From positions 1-64,000 of the IMG/VR virus record IMGVR_UViG_3300045988_080038: a stretch of 64,000 nucleotides of DNA; one strand, given 5' to 3'. The notes under the pieces were generated by a model. That model searched no databases. It had not been told where the DNA came from and saw only the letters and a program-made list of their open reading frames with translations. The position numbers and the translations under genes are program-made. This document shows positions 8,579 to 16,160 of this stretch, piece after piece; the first letter of the stretch is position 1, and each line of letters opens with the position of its first letter. This stretch comes from a virus.

Positions 8579-9196
8579 TCATCCCTCCACTTTAGATACA
8601 AAGAGATTAGATTTTAAGATACAAACTGGGCGAACACCGTAACTGTAGTTGCAGCTAATGCAGTCGACGCAGCCAGAAGGCGAAACAACGGTAAGAGCAT
8701 ATCTCCATCCTCTTTCCTCTGTGCTCCATGCGGAGCAAGTCCAATAGCAATCATCCAATTCATCATTTGGCGTCAGTTCTGTGTATTTACGCGCTTCATC
8801 AAACGTCAGTGGTCTAACTTTGCATTCCGTTTCTCCGATTTTCTGTCCATCCACGGTAATCAGATCTGATATGTCAGTTTCGATATTCTCTTCTCCAAAC
8901 TCTTCTTCAAAATCTTTCAGAATTTCAGTATCACAGAGTTTCTTCAAGGATGATTTGCTATAGTCAGTTGTATCATCATCAAATTTCACATTCTCTTTCA
9001 CGAATCCGAGTGAAATGATCTTGGTATGCTCTGTGTACTGTTCCAAGACCTTGTATTTTCGCTTTCCGGTAGTCTGGAAGATATCTCCCGGATTAAGCTC
9101 GGATAATCTCACCCTGCATGATTTTTCCTGTTTTTCCAGAAGTTCAACCAGTTCCTTTGCTTTCTTTAAAATTTCACTATTGCTCATTTTTAGCAC
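8579..9196 (-). CDS. DGR target protein 2 (paralog of target 1)
   Basis: C-terminus YWTCSAWS...TVVSPSGCVDCISCNYSYGVRPVCIL carries VR2. Confidence 0.85.
   Translation of the reverse strand: MLKMSNSEILKKAKELVELLEKQEKSCRVRLSELNPGDIFQTTGKRKYKVLEQYTEHTKIISLGFVKENVKFDDDTTDYSKSSLKKLCDTEILKDFEEEFGEENIETDISDLITVDGQKIGETECKVRPLTFDEARKYTELTPNDELDDCYWTCSAWSTEERGWRYALTVVSPSGCVDCISCNYSYGVRPVCILKSNLFVSKVEG
8627..8695 (-). repeat. DGR variable repeat VR2
   Basis: 14 mismatches to TR: 12 at TR adenines and 2 elsewhere (plus-strand a->g at 8669 and g->a at 8675). Confidence 0.8.
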
Positions 9197-9200
9197 CTCC

Positions 9201-9362
9201 TTATTTTGCTGTAAGTGAAACCATTAAGTCGAAGAAGTTTGAAATTACCAGCGCAACCAGCATCGGTAAAGTGTTTTTCTTCTTAATGGCGTATACTGCA
9301 AGTGCAACGAAGACGATATAAGCAATCACGCATAATACTGTAAATACATCATGTAAACTCAT
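9201..9362 (-). CDS. 53-aa membrane peptide
   Basis: MSLHDVFTVLCVIAYIVFVALAVYAIKKKNTLPMLVALVISNFF... has two hydrophobic helices. Weak RBS. Confidence 0.35.
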   Translation of the reverse strand: MSLHDVFTVLCVIAYIVFVALAVYAIKKKNTLPMLVALVISNFFDLMVSLTAK

Positions 9363-9811
9363 ATCACATTTCCTGCTACTAAAAACATATACAAATGTAT
9401 ATGCTAGATGATTCGCTACAATCTCACAATTTGTAGTTACTGCTTCATCGTGTATGCTTTGGTGGTCGCAAGTGACACACTACTCACAAGTTCTTGTACA
9501 CTCCACAGTCGTAAATTCCCGACTAAGCCATCGGTACATACCTATAAATTCTTTTTTTATTGATTAGATATAGGTTCATCTAAATAGCTTTTCCTTTCTA
9601 AAATTTTGTTTTTTTGCCATTTGGTTTTCATGGACTTCTACCATTACTCAATCATTACCATCAAGGTTCTACCCTATAGTTAGCAAGACTGTTTCAACTT
9701 GCACTGGCTTTTCTTTCCTATGATTTCAGTGGTTTTAAGTTACCAACTAATACTATGGATTTTAAGTATCTTTGAGTATATTTACTCACGTTTGATAATA
9801 TATTTAATTGC

Positions 9812-10687
9812 TTAAATTTCCTCCTGCTTCATAAAATCTGGAATCTCTGGTTCTTTACCTGCTGCCGGGACCGGTTCTTTCTCTACCGCCTGGACAGTTT
9901 CTGCGACCGTTGGCTGCTTCGGCTGCTCTTCGATTGGCATTGGCTCTGGGATGAATTCTTCGGTGTTGGCGTGTGCTTCGATATCGGCTTTAACTTCGTC
10001 CTCCACATTGGTTTCAATTTCAACCCCGGAATAAAATGTTGTCTGTTGTGTTGGATTCTCAAAATCAAGTTCAATGTGCTTACAAAGTCTATGGAGAACT
10101 GTTTTTTTATACATCTCCCCTGTAAACTTTTTCCATGCTGGGCTGTTAGAGGCTTTACTTGCGCTTCTCGTGTTTTCAAGGTCCGAGAGGGTCATTGTTT
10201 CGTAAGACATTCCGCCATCTTTGTAGAGGACTACCGCAAACGCTCCAATGATTTTTCCATCATTAAATGCTTTTGGTTTGAAAGTGAATGTCTGTTCTCC
10301 ATCTTCAATAGTTTCCTCAAAAAAATCACCTTCACGTACCAATTTTGCATAGATATCTGTGATTGGGCGGATAGAGTATTTCTTCGCAAGCTTCTTTGCA
10401 CCTCGATAATCAGTCTGATAGTTAAGCTGATTTCCGTAAGGAACTAAATAGCATTCTTTGGAATAAAAATCCAATCCCAAATAAGCGCCCTTCATCAGCC
10501 CCGCCATAAGCTGTGACTGGCTGTACTTCTGCAACTGCGGATTATCATTGATAAGTGCAAGTGCGTTCTGTACAAACCTCGATCTATTAAAGTCTTTTGG
10601 AAGTGCTTCTGCTACTGAATCCAGTTTACCTGTCAGCGCTACGCTGAATGACTGTTTCTGTGCTGCTACCTGTGTGTTTTCTGCCAT
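9812..10687 (-). CDS. recT: RecT-family single-strand annealing recombinase
   Basis: GAYLGLDFYSKECYLVPYGNQLNYQTDYRGAKKLA core is typical of RecT. Acidic C-terminal tail. Confidence 0.8.
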   Translation of the reverse strand: MAENTQVAAQKQSFSVALTGKLDSVAEALPKDFNRSRFVQNALALINDNPQLQKYSQSQLMAGLMKGAYLGLDFYSKECYLVPYGNQLNYQTDYRGAKKLAKKYSIRPITDIYAKLVREGDFFEETIEDGEQTFTFKPKAFNDGKIIGAFAVVLYKDGGMSYETMTLSDLENTRSASKASNSPAWKKFTGEMYKKTVLHRLCKHIELDFENPTQQTTFYSGVEIETNVEDEVKADIEAHANTEEFIPEPMPIEEQPKQPTVAETVQAVEKEPVPAAGKEPEIPDFMKQEEI

Positions 10688-10713
10688 TTTAATTCTCCTT
10701 CTTTTCTTAGTTT

Positions 10714-12708
10714 TTAGATGCTTTTTACTTTCAATTCCCCATCCGAAACTTTCAGCAGAATCATCTGTGTATCCAATTCTGGAATCCTGTCCGAATTTAC
10801 ACTCTCGGTATCGTCAACCCAAACCGGAAGTCGTAAGTCGTTCATCTCCTGTAATCCCATCACAAGGTCAATGTCGCAAAGGATCCGGTCGCTATGGTTC
10901 AGGCCGTTTGCATAATCAATACCATTGCAAATCATCCGGCAAGTTTCCATCGGTTCTCCATCCTGCGTGTAGTCAAGGAACTGGAACTGGAAGTGTTTGA
11001 AGTGCGGATTAATCACTGCTGCCAATGCCTTATTCTTCTCAATGGAATACTTGGTCAGCTGATCTACTTTCTGCTGAATATTTGCCTGCTTCTGTGAAAG
11101 CTTTTTCTGCTCTTCCTGCATCGCTTCAAGGTTGTTAGCTTTTCCCTCAAGCCTTGCAGTCTGAGCCTTAATCTTTGCTTCAACATCTCTGAGTTTTGCT
11201 TCCAGAGAATGACGGTTGTTGCTTAATAAAGCCCTGTCATTTTCACCGTTTCCGATGCCATTGAGACTTTCTTCCAGTGCTGAGATTTTGTCGCAAACAG
11301 CCTTGTATTCTTCATCATCAGACATATCCGGTTCTGGAATCGGTTTCTCCGCTTCTTTCTCTGTTTCTGCGATTTCAAGTGCCAGAGATGTGATTTCTTT
11401 CTTGGTAGTTTCAATAGCTGCTTCGGCTTCTTTCTTAGTTTCATTCGCTGTTTTCAATCCCTCGGAAGCTTCGTTGCCGTCCTCAGTGATCTGCTCCAGT
11501 TTGGTGCGTTTATTTTTCTCAAACTGTTCTTTCTCTCCTAATTTTTTGGATATCCTGGACTGCTTATTAAACTCAAACTTGCGTTTCGCAGTTTCCACCT
11601 GTTCTTCCGGAAGTTCCTGTCCGCATGTCGGGCAAACAGCTGATACCGGGTCAAATTCTTCTCCACGGATTGCAGTAAGTTCGGTATCGCCGTCCCACTT
11701 CTCTTTTAATGCTTCCGTATATTTCTTTTTAGCCTGTGCCAGTGCTGCTTTGTGGCGTTCAATTCCTTTGTTAGCGTGTTCCAGATCCATTTCAGCAAGT
11801 CTTAATTTGTTCTCTGCGTTTTTCTTGTCGGATTTCAGCGTATATAATAAGGAAGTTATTCTGTCATGTTTTTCTCTGGCTGTTTTACTAGCTTTCTCAA
11901 CCAGTGCGTCACGTGAACGCTTCAGCCCTGCCAATTCAATAGAAATCCGGTCGTATTCTCTTGAAGCATCACTGAGTACTTTCTCCTGCTTCTCGTTTTC
12001 TTTCAGCAAGTCAAGAAGATCGTCTCTCTGCGCCGGAAGTGTTTCATCGCATTCAACCTGTCGGCCCTGCTCTTTTCTGATCTGCTTTGCAATATCATCA
12101 ACATCTGACTTGGCTTTTCTCAGGTCTCTTCTGCGGGCTTTTAAGATTTCTTCGATAGAATCTCCTTCCACACCTTCGCTTTTTATCCATTCATATTCCG
12201 GATGCTCTGCTCTGAACTGTGATTCACTGAATCCAGCTATTCCTCCCAGTGTTTCCCTTGCTTTTGCTGTTGCTTTCTGGATCTCATTCAAAAACACTCT
12301 GGCGTTGCTGCACATGGCAATCGTATCGGGGTCGGCAATCCTTTTAAGAATCTCCATATACTCGGTTTTGTTCCGCTTAATTCCGTTGACGTAATATTCA
12401 ACCGTATTGGATGACTTTCCTTTCTTGGTCTTTTTCTGGATAACATATTCCGTTCCGTCAACGTCAATAACCAGTTCTCTCACCACTGGATCATCAACTT
12501 CTTCACCGTCAACCTTTCGGCGGATATTGTTCGGAAGTGTTCCATCTGCCAGTTTTCCGGTCAGGACATCAAAATATGCGTCCATCAGAGAAGTTTTACC
12601 CTGTCTGTTTCTTCCGGAAACTTCTGTTCTTCCTGCGAAATCAAATTCTCTTGCTTCAAATTTCTTATAGTTTTCAACGCTCAGTTTTTTCAAAGTTACC
12701 TTTTTCAT
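10714..12708 (-). CDS. SMC/SbcC/Rad50-like AAA ATPase
   Basis: N-terminal Walker A GRNRQGKTSLMDA, long coiled coil with a CPTCGQ zinc-hook-like motif, C-terminal Walker B-like VWVDDTE. Confidence 0.8.
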   Translation of the reverse strand: MKKVTLKKLSVENYKKFEAREFDFAGRTEVSGRNRQGKTSLMDAYFDVLTGKLADGTLPNNIRRKVDGEEVDDPVVRELVIDVDGTEYVIQKKTKKGKSSNTVEYYVNGIKRNKTEYMEILKRIADPDTIAMCSNARVFLNEIQKATAKARETLGGIAGFSESQFRAEHPEYEWIKSEGVEGDSIEEILKARRRDLRKAKSDVDDIAKQIRKEQGRQVECDETLPAQRDDLLDLLKENEKQEKVLSDASREYDRISIELAGLKRSRDALVEKASKTAREKHDRITSLLYTLKSDKKNAENKLRLAEMDLEHANKGIERHKAALAQAKKKYTEALKEKWDGDTELTAIRGEEFDPVSAVCPTCGQELPEEQVETAKRKFEFNKQSRISKKLGEKEQFEKNKRTKLEQITEDGNEASEGLKTANETKKEAEAAIETTKKEITSLALEIAETEKEAEKPIPEPDMSDDEEYKAVCDKISALEESLNGIGNGENDRALLSNNRHSLEAKLRDVEAKIKAQTARLEGKANNLEAMQEEQKKLSQKQANIQQKVDQLTKYSIEKNKALAAVINPHFKHFQFQFLDYTQDGEPMETCRMICNGIDYANGLNHSDRILCDIDLVMGLQEMNDLRLPVWVDDTESVNSDRIPELDTQMILLKVSDGELKVKSI

Positions 12709-13297
12709 CTTTGATTTCCTCCATCTCCATTATTGAAACTTCGTATGCTGTTTTTCTAACATAAGAACCATCTGGCTGCTTTTTCCAATAATCACGGCTT
12801 TGCATACGTCCCTTTAATCTAACTTTTGTACCCACTTTCCATTCAGAAGCTTTCACCGCCAGATCTCTCCAACAAATACAGGAGATGTATTCTGACCGCT
12901 TGTATCCATTAATTGCCACGCAAACTTCGCAGATTGTCTTTCCTAATGGCGTTTTTCTCAGCACCGGCTTCTTGCAAATGTTTGCAGTCATTTCTACCGT
13001 ATTCACAAGAAGCGTCCCTTCCGTGCTGACATCATATGCTTCCAGATACATATACTTTTTCTCTTGGTGGTCCGCTCTGACCCATTTGGAACGGATTCTT
13101 CCCGAAACCTTTATCCAATTCCATTCCCGAAATGTACCTTTAAGTCTGTTCGGGATTTCCACGATGATATCGTCCGGTGTTCCACTGAAGCGGTCACTTC
13201 TGACGACCAGAAAGCTTTTGCCCTTCCTTGGCTTAAATTTGACTTCTGCCGGATCAGTTACAAATCCGGTCAGTGTTGCTTTGTTTAAATCTTGCAT
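12674..13297 (-). CDS. OB-fold (SSB-like) protein, possibly two OB domains
   Basis: MQDLNKATLTGFVTDPAEVKF... resembles an SSB N-terminus. An alternative upstream ATG lies at 13342. Confidence 0.45.
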   Translation of the reverse strand: MQDLNKATLTGFVTDPAEVKFKPRKGKSFLVVRSDRFSGTPDDIIVEIPNRLKGTFREWNWIKVSGRIRSKWVRADHQEKKYMYLEAYDVSTEGTLLVNTVEMTANICKKPVLRKTPLGKTICEVCVAINGYKRSEYISCICWRDLAVKASEWKVGTKVRLKGRMQSRDYWKKQPDGSYVRKTAYEVSIMEMEEIKDEKGNFEKTER

Positions 13298-13505
13298 TTT
13301 TGCTTTCTTTTTCCTTCCTTTTAATGTCGTGTACGAAGTCATTGATTTTAAGCATCACTGCCAGCCCGACTGTACTCATTAAGATATAATCCAACGCCAG
13401 AATTGTGAGTGCATCCAAATCAGTCACAGCCCAGCATACGGCAAAGAACACGATTGCCAGGCCAGAAACTCCGAACACTGCAAGCCCCTCTAAGTAAGTT
13501 CTCAT
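13254..13505 (-). CDS. small membrane protein
   Basis: 83 aa with two hydrophobic helices (GLAVFGVSGLAIVFFAVCWAV; STVGLAVMLKI). Confidence 0.45.
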   Translation of the reverse strand: MRTYLEGLAVFGVSGLAIVFFAVCWAVTDLDALTILALDYILMSTVGLAVMLKINDFVHDIKRKEKESKNARFKQSNTDRICN

Positions 13506-13651
13506 TATTTTCCTTTCCCCAGCAATCCCATTGCCAGCACTGTAGTCAGCAGAGCAATGATTGCCAGATCTTTGTTCCTTGCTTCCTTCTCAAGGTCTTT
13601 GATGATCTCAGAAGCAAGTGTTTTGCCAGTTTCCTTAGTGATTTTAGACAT
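13505..13651 (-). CDS. 48-aa membrane-anchored peptide
   Basis: MSKITKETGKTLASEIIKDLEKEARNKDLAIIALLTTVLAMGLLGKGK. TAATG overlap with the next gene. Confidence 0.4.
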   Translation of the reverse strand: MSKITKETGKTLASEIIKDLEKEARNKDLAIIALLTTVLAMGLLGKGK

Positions 13652-13675
13652 TAAAAATGCCCTCCTGTGTTTTTA

Positions 13676-13704
13676 TTTGTCAAATACAGGAAGGTGTGAT
13701 ATAA
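13676..13704 (+). promoter_or_regulatory. near-consensus sigma-A promoter on the plus strand (orphan, antisense to the early operon)
   Basis: TTGTCA, a 17-nt spacer, then TGaTATAAT. The -10 is bracketed by the 9-bp inverted repeat AAATACAGG/CCTGTATTT. Confidence 0.6.
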
Positions 13705-13785
13705 TCAACCTGTATTTAACTTACTCAAGCTAAGTTAGATACGTGCTCCGGTTGGTGTTCCTGCACCGCCGGGGCTGCTTACAAC

Positions 13786-13947
13786 CTAAATGCCTAACAT
13801 GGCAGCCAGAACGTTTTTGTCTACGTAATTGCTATCTGAAGCATCAAGATAAGCTTCAACAGCTTTCACTCTGCCTGCCAACAGGGCATATTCTTCTTCA
13901 ACGGTCTCCGGGATAAAATCCACGGAGCTTTCTTTTTCTACAGCCAT
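13786..13947 (-). CDS. 53-aa acidic protein
   Basis: MAVEKESSVDFIPETVEEEYALLAGRVKAVEAYLD.... ATGA overlap with the upstream gene. Confidence 0.4.
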   Translation of the reverse strand: MAVEKESSVDFIPETVEEEYALLAGRVKAVEAYLDASDSNYVDKNVLAAMLGI

Positions 13948-14249
13948 CAATTTTCTTTCTCCTTTTCACAGTATGGACACGGGGCATTAAGTAACAGGTT
14001 GTTCAGCACCGCTTTTACAGATACAAAGTTTTCTTCCATATCACGTAACACTTCACACACATTGTAATATTTTCTGCTTCCTTCAGCCGTTGTGATGCCG
14101 ACGCATATCGTGCGATATGTTCCTAACTTTTCACTGTTGAAAGTATTACATTCAAAGCACACACTCGCTTCTGGAACTGTGTCCTGTGCTTTCCGGCACA
14201 TTCCGTATAAGGTATCAGCATAAATGTTAAATTTCTCTGCTTTTGTCAT
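13947..14249 (-). CDS. hypothetical Cys-containing protein
   Basis: 100-aa ORF with CFEC...CPYC pairs. Confidence 0.55.
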   Translation of the reverse strand: MTKAEKFNIYADTLYGMCRKAQDTVPEASVCFECNTFNSEKLGTYRTICVGITTAEGSRKYYNVCEVLRDMEENFVSVKAVLNNLLLNAPCPYCEKEKEN

Positions 14250-14422
14250 TTGTCCGCTCCCATCCCGGCGTTTACCGCCTTAAAAATCATCTGTTTTGTT
14301 TTTTCCTCTCCGAACGCTTTGGAAAAGGAACTGTAGGTACGAGATACGATTTCCGATAGATCATGGATAACTTCATTTCCCGCACCGTTGATTGATACGT
14401 TTCCTTTTTCACATTTAATCAT
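14246..14422 (-). CDS. hypothetical protein (58 aa)
   Basis: AGGAGGT RBS before the internal ATG at 14422. The longer tracked ORF extension has no RBS. Confidence 0.5.
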   Translation of the reverse strand: MIKCEKGNVSINGAGNEVIHDLSEIVSRTYSSFSKAFGEEKTKQMIFKAVNAGMGADK

Positions 14423-14476
14423 CTGATTTTTACCTCCTGATTGTTTCTTTTTTAGTTTGCCATTTTCTTTTTGCGA

Positions 14477-14487
14477 TGTGATATAAT
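14477..14487 (+). promoter_or_regulatory. extended -10 promoter element TGTGATATAAT
   Basis: Lies 24 nt upstream of the GGGAGGTG RBS and ATG of the plus-strand ORF at 14511. Confidence 0.5.
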
Positions 14488-14510
14488 ATTCTCCGAAGGG
14501 AGGTGTAAAA

Positions 14511-14699
14511 ATGACCGATAATGAAAAACGTGCACATGATTTAGCCGTTGCAGTTTGCATTGACGCGTGCCATTTAAAACGTCAAGCTCAAATTGATTCA
14601 GGCAAAGTTCATGTCACTGTCGATTATTTCGAAGAATACACAAACGCTTATGAATCTGCGTTAGAAGCATTCAACGAAAAATATCCATCTGGCAAATAG
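14511..14699 (+). CDS. hypothetical protein (62 aa), opposite strand to the operon
   Basis: Strong RBS and its own promoter. Confidence 0.55.
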   Translation: MTDNEKRAHDLAVAVCIDACHLKRQAQIDSGKVHVTVDYFEEYTNAYESALEAFNEKYPSGK

Positions 14700-14790
14700 G
14701 TTTCTTATTAATCAAACATGTTAAGGAAATAGGTTTCTTTGATGTTCGTACCATCTTGGAAACCTTTTTCTTTTTCTTTTTTTTACTCAT
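14671..14790 (-). CDS. 39-aa poly-lysine peptide (MSKKKKKKKVSKMVRTSKKP...)
   Basis: AAAGGAGCG RBS 7 nt before the ATG. Made mostly of A-run codons, so it could be spurious. Confidence 0.3.
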   Translation of the reverse strand: MSKKKKKKKVSKMVRTSKKPISLTCLINKKPICQMDIFR

Positions 14791-14809
14791 AAAATTCGCT
14801 CCTTTACAA

Positions 14810-15007
14810 TTAATCTTCTTCGTCAATATCACGAATGGAGTTCTGAACAGCAGAATTAATTCCACTTGCAACGCATTCGGTAATTGTCTTTCCGTTGACT
14901 TTTGCTGTGTGCGTTACTTTTTTCGTTCTTGTAGGTGCAATCTCTTTTCGAATGGCTTTAAGTTCTTCCAAAATCTGCTCGAGTAATGCGTTTGTTTCTT
15001 CCAACAT
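14810..15007 (-). CDS. hypothetical protein
   Basis: 65-aa ORF. Confidence 0.5.
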   Translation of the reverse strand: MLEETNALLEQILEELKAIRKEIAPTRTKKVTHTAKVNGKTITECVASGINSAVQNSIRDIDEED

Positions 15008-15022
15008 ATCATTTCCTTTCTG

Positions 15023-15031
15023 TGGTATAAT
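15023..15031 (+). promoter_or_regulatory. extended -10 promoter element TGgTATAAT
   Basis: Lies upstream of the AAAGGAGGTG RBS of the plus-strand ORF at 15060. Confidence 0.45.
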
Positions 15032-15059
15032 CTCCTTATGGAAAGGAGGTGTTTGTTAA

Positions 15060-15251
15060 ATGGTGTATTCTGGCTTTTGTGTAAAACAGAACAAGGATTA
15101 TTTTGTCGAATTTACTCAAATTTCCGTTTCTTCTTTAGAAGATAAGAGCCCAAAATCTATTAACGGAAGATTAAAATGTAAATATGCCGGTTTTACAGGT
15201 TGTTGTAATCGTGCCAGTGATTGTTCAATTCTGCAAAATCTCAGTAAGTAA
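15060..15251 (+). CDS. hypothetical Cys-rich protein
   Basis: 63-aa ORF with a strong RBS. Confidence 0.45.
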   Translation: MVYSGFCVKQNKDYFVEFTQISVSSLEDKSPKSINGRLKCKYAGFTGCCNRASDCSILQNLSK

Positions 15252-15279
15252 TCCTCACGGCTCTCTGAAATATGGGGGC

Positions 15280-15555
15280 CTATTCTTTTGTGCCAAACTC
15301 AACTGGCATTTCCTGTCCTTTGAATCTAATGCTTTCGATTTCTCCGATGCCTTTCTGGTTCACCTGCAATGTCTGCAAGTCTGTGGATAAATTTAAGGCA
15401 TTCAGATCAATTGAAAGAATAGGAACGGAATCACCAACTCCCTGTTTTAATTCGAAGCTTCTTACTCCCTCAAGTTTGTGGCCGTCTACAAGAATTTCTG
15501 TGAAGATTCCTTTTTCACCGTCTACCTGACGGATTTCAATTTTCGATGCTTTCAT
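15280..15555 (-). CDS. hypothetical protein
   Basis: 91-aa ORF. Confidence 0.55.
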   Translation of the reverse strand: MKASKIEIRQVDGEKGIFTEILVDGHKLEGVRSFELKQGVGDSVPILSIDLNALNLSTDLQTLQVNQKGIGEIESIRFKGQEMPVEFGTKE

Positions 15556-15616
15556 ACGGTTCCTTTCTATTGTTTTTCTTTTCTTATCTACCTATAATGT
15601 ATTTACAGGCACCGCC

Positions 15617-15988
15617 ATGCCGAGTAAAATGAAAGGAGATAAACACTTGCTAATTCAAAATGAAAATGACCTGCCTGGTCTTTTGATTCAAAATGCTACC
15701 AATGATTTCATGAATCAATACGACCTATTACAGTTATCTGGTCTCGATCACCAGACGTACAACTACTACGTGAAATCTCTTAAATCTCGAAGTCTTGTAA
15801 ATACTGACTTAGCCAATATATACTTGACTGATTTAGGGAAAAACTCCTATGTTTCCAAACAAGACAAAGCAAAGAAATCACTTTTTAATTTTTCCAAACT
15901 TTCTCTCAAATTCATTATCAAAACATCCCTTGGTATTGGAGTCGCGCTTCTGACTGCTTTCCTTATCTGGTATTTCGGTTGGAATTAA
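15617..15988 (+). CDS. membrane-anchored putative DNA-binding protein
   Basis: Helical N-terminal region and a C-terminal TM helix, SLGIGVALLTAFLIWYFGW. A TTG at 15647 with RBS AAAGGAGA is an alternative start. Confidence 0.45.
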   Translation: MPSKMKGDKHLLIQNENDLPGLLIQNATNDFMNQYDLLQLSGLDHQTYNYYVKSLKSRSLVNTDLANIYLTDLGKNSYVSKQDKAKKSLFNFSKLSLKFIIKTSLGIGVALLTAFLIWYFGWN

Positions 15989-16147
15989 TCCAAGCGTTTT
16001 GAGTATCAGTAGGATGTTGTAAACCGGAATATCTGGCATCCCTTTCATAAACAGGTTAATCTCACAGAGGTCTGAATACTGTTCGTCCGTAATGTGGATG
16101 CCGATATTCTCTAAATCCTCTTTGAATGTAGAAAACTGTTCTGCCAC
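15878..16147 (-). CDS. hypothetical protein
   Basis: 89-aa ORF. Its 3' end overlaps the convergent plus-strand ORF by 111 nt. Confidence 0.45.
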   Translation of the reverse strand: MAEQFSTFKEDLENIGIHITDEQYSDLCEINLFMKGMPDIPVYNILLILKTLGLIPTEIPDKESSQKRDSNTKGCFDNEFERKFGKIKK

Positions 16148-16160
16148 TGCCTCGTCCTCC

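Noticed and set aside
11216-12394. 392-aa Ser-rich plus-strand ORF
   Set aside because: It is a shadow ORF antisense to the SMC-like ATPase gene. It has low-complexity composition and no RBS.
10714-12708. SMC-like ATPase as a defence-system component (Lamassu, Gabija or Wadjet-type)
   Set aside because: It lies between RecT and an OB-fold/SSB-like gene in the early operon. This fits a phage recombination or repair module. No nuclease or effector partner is adjacent.
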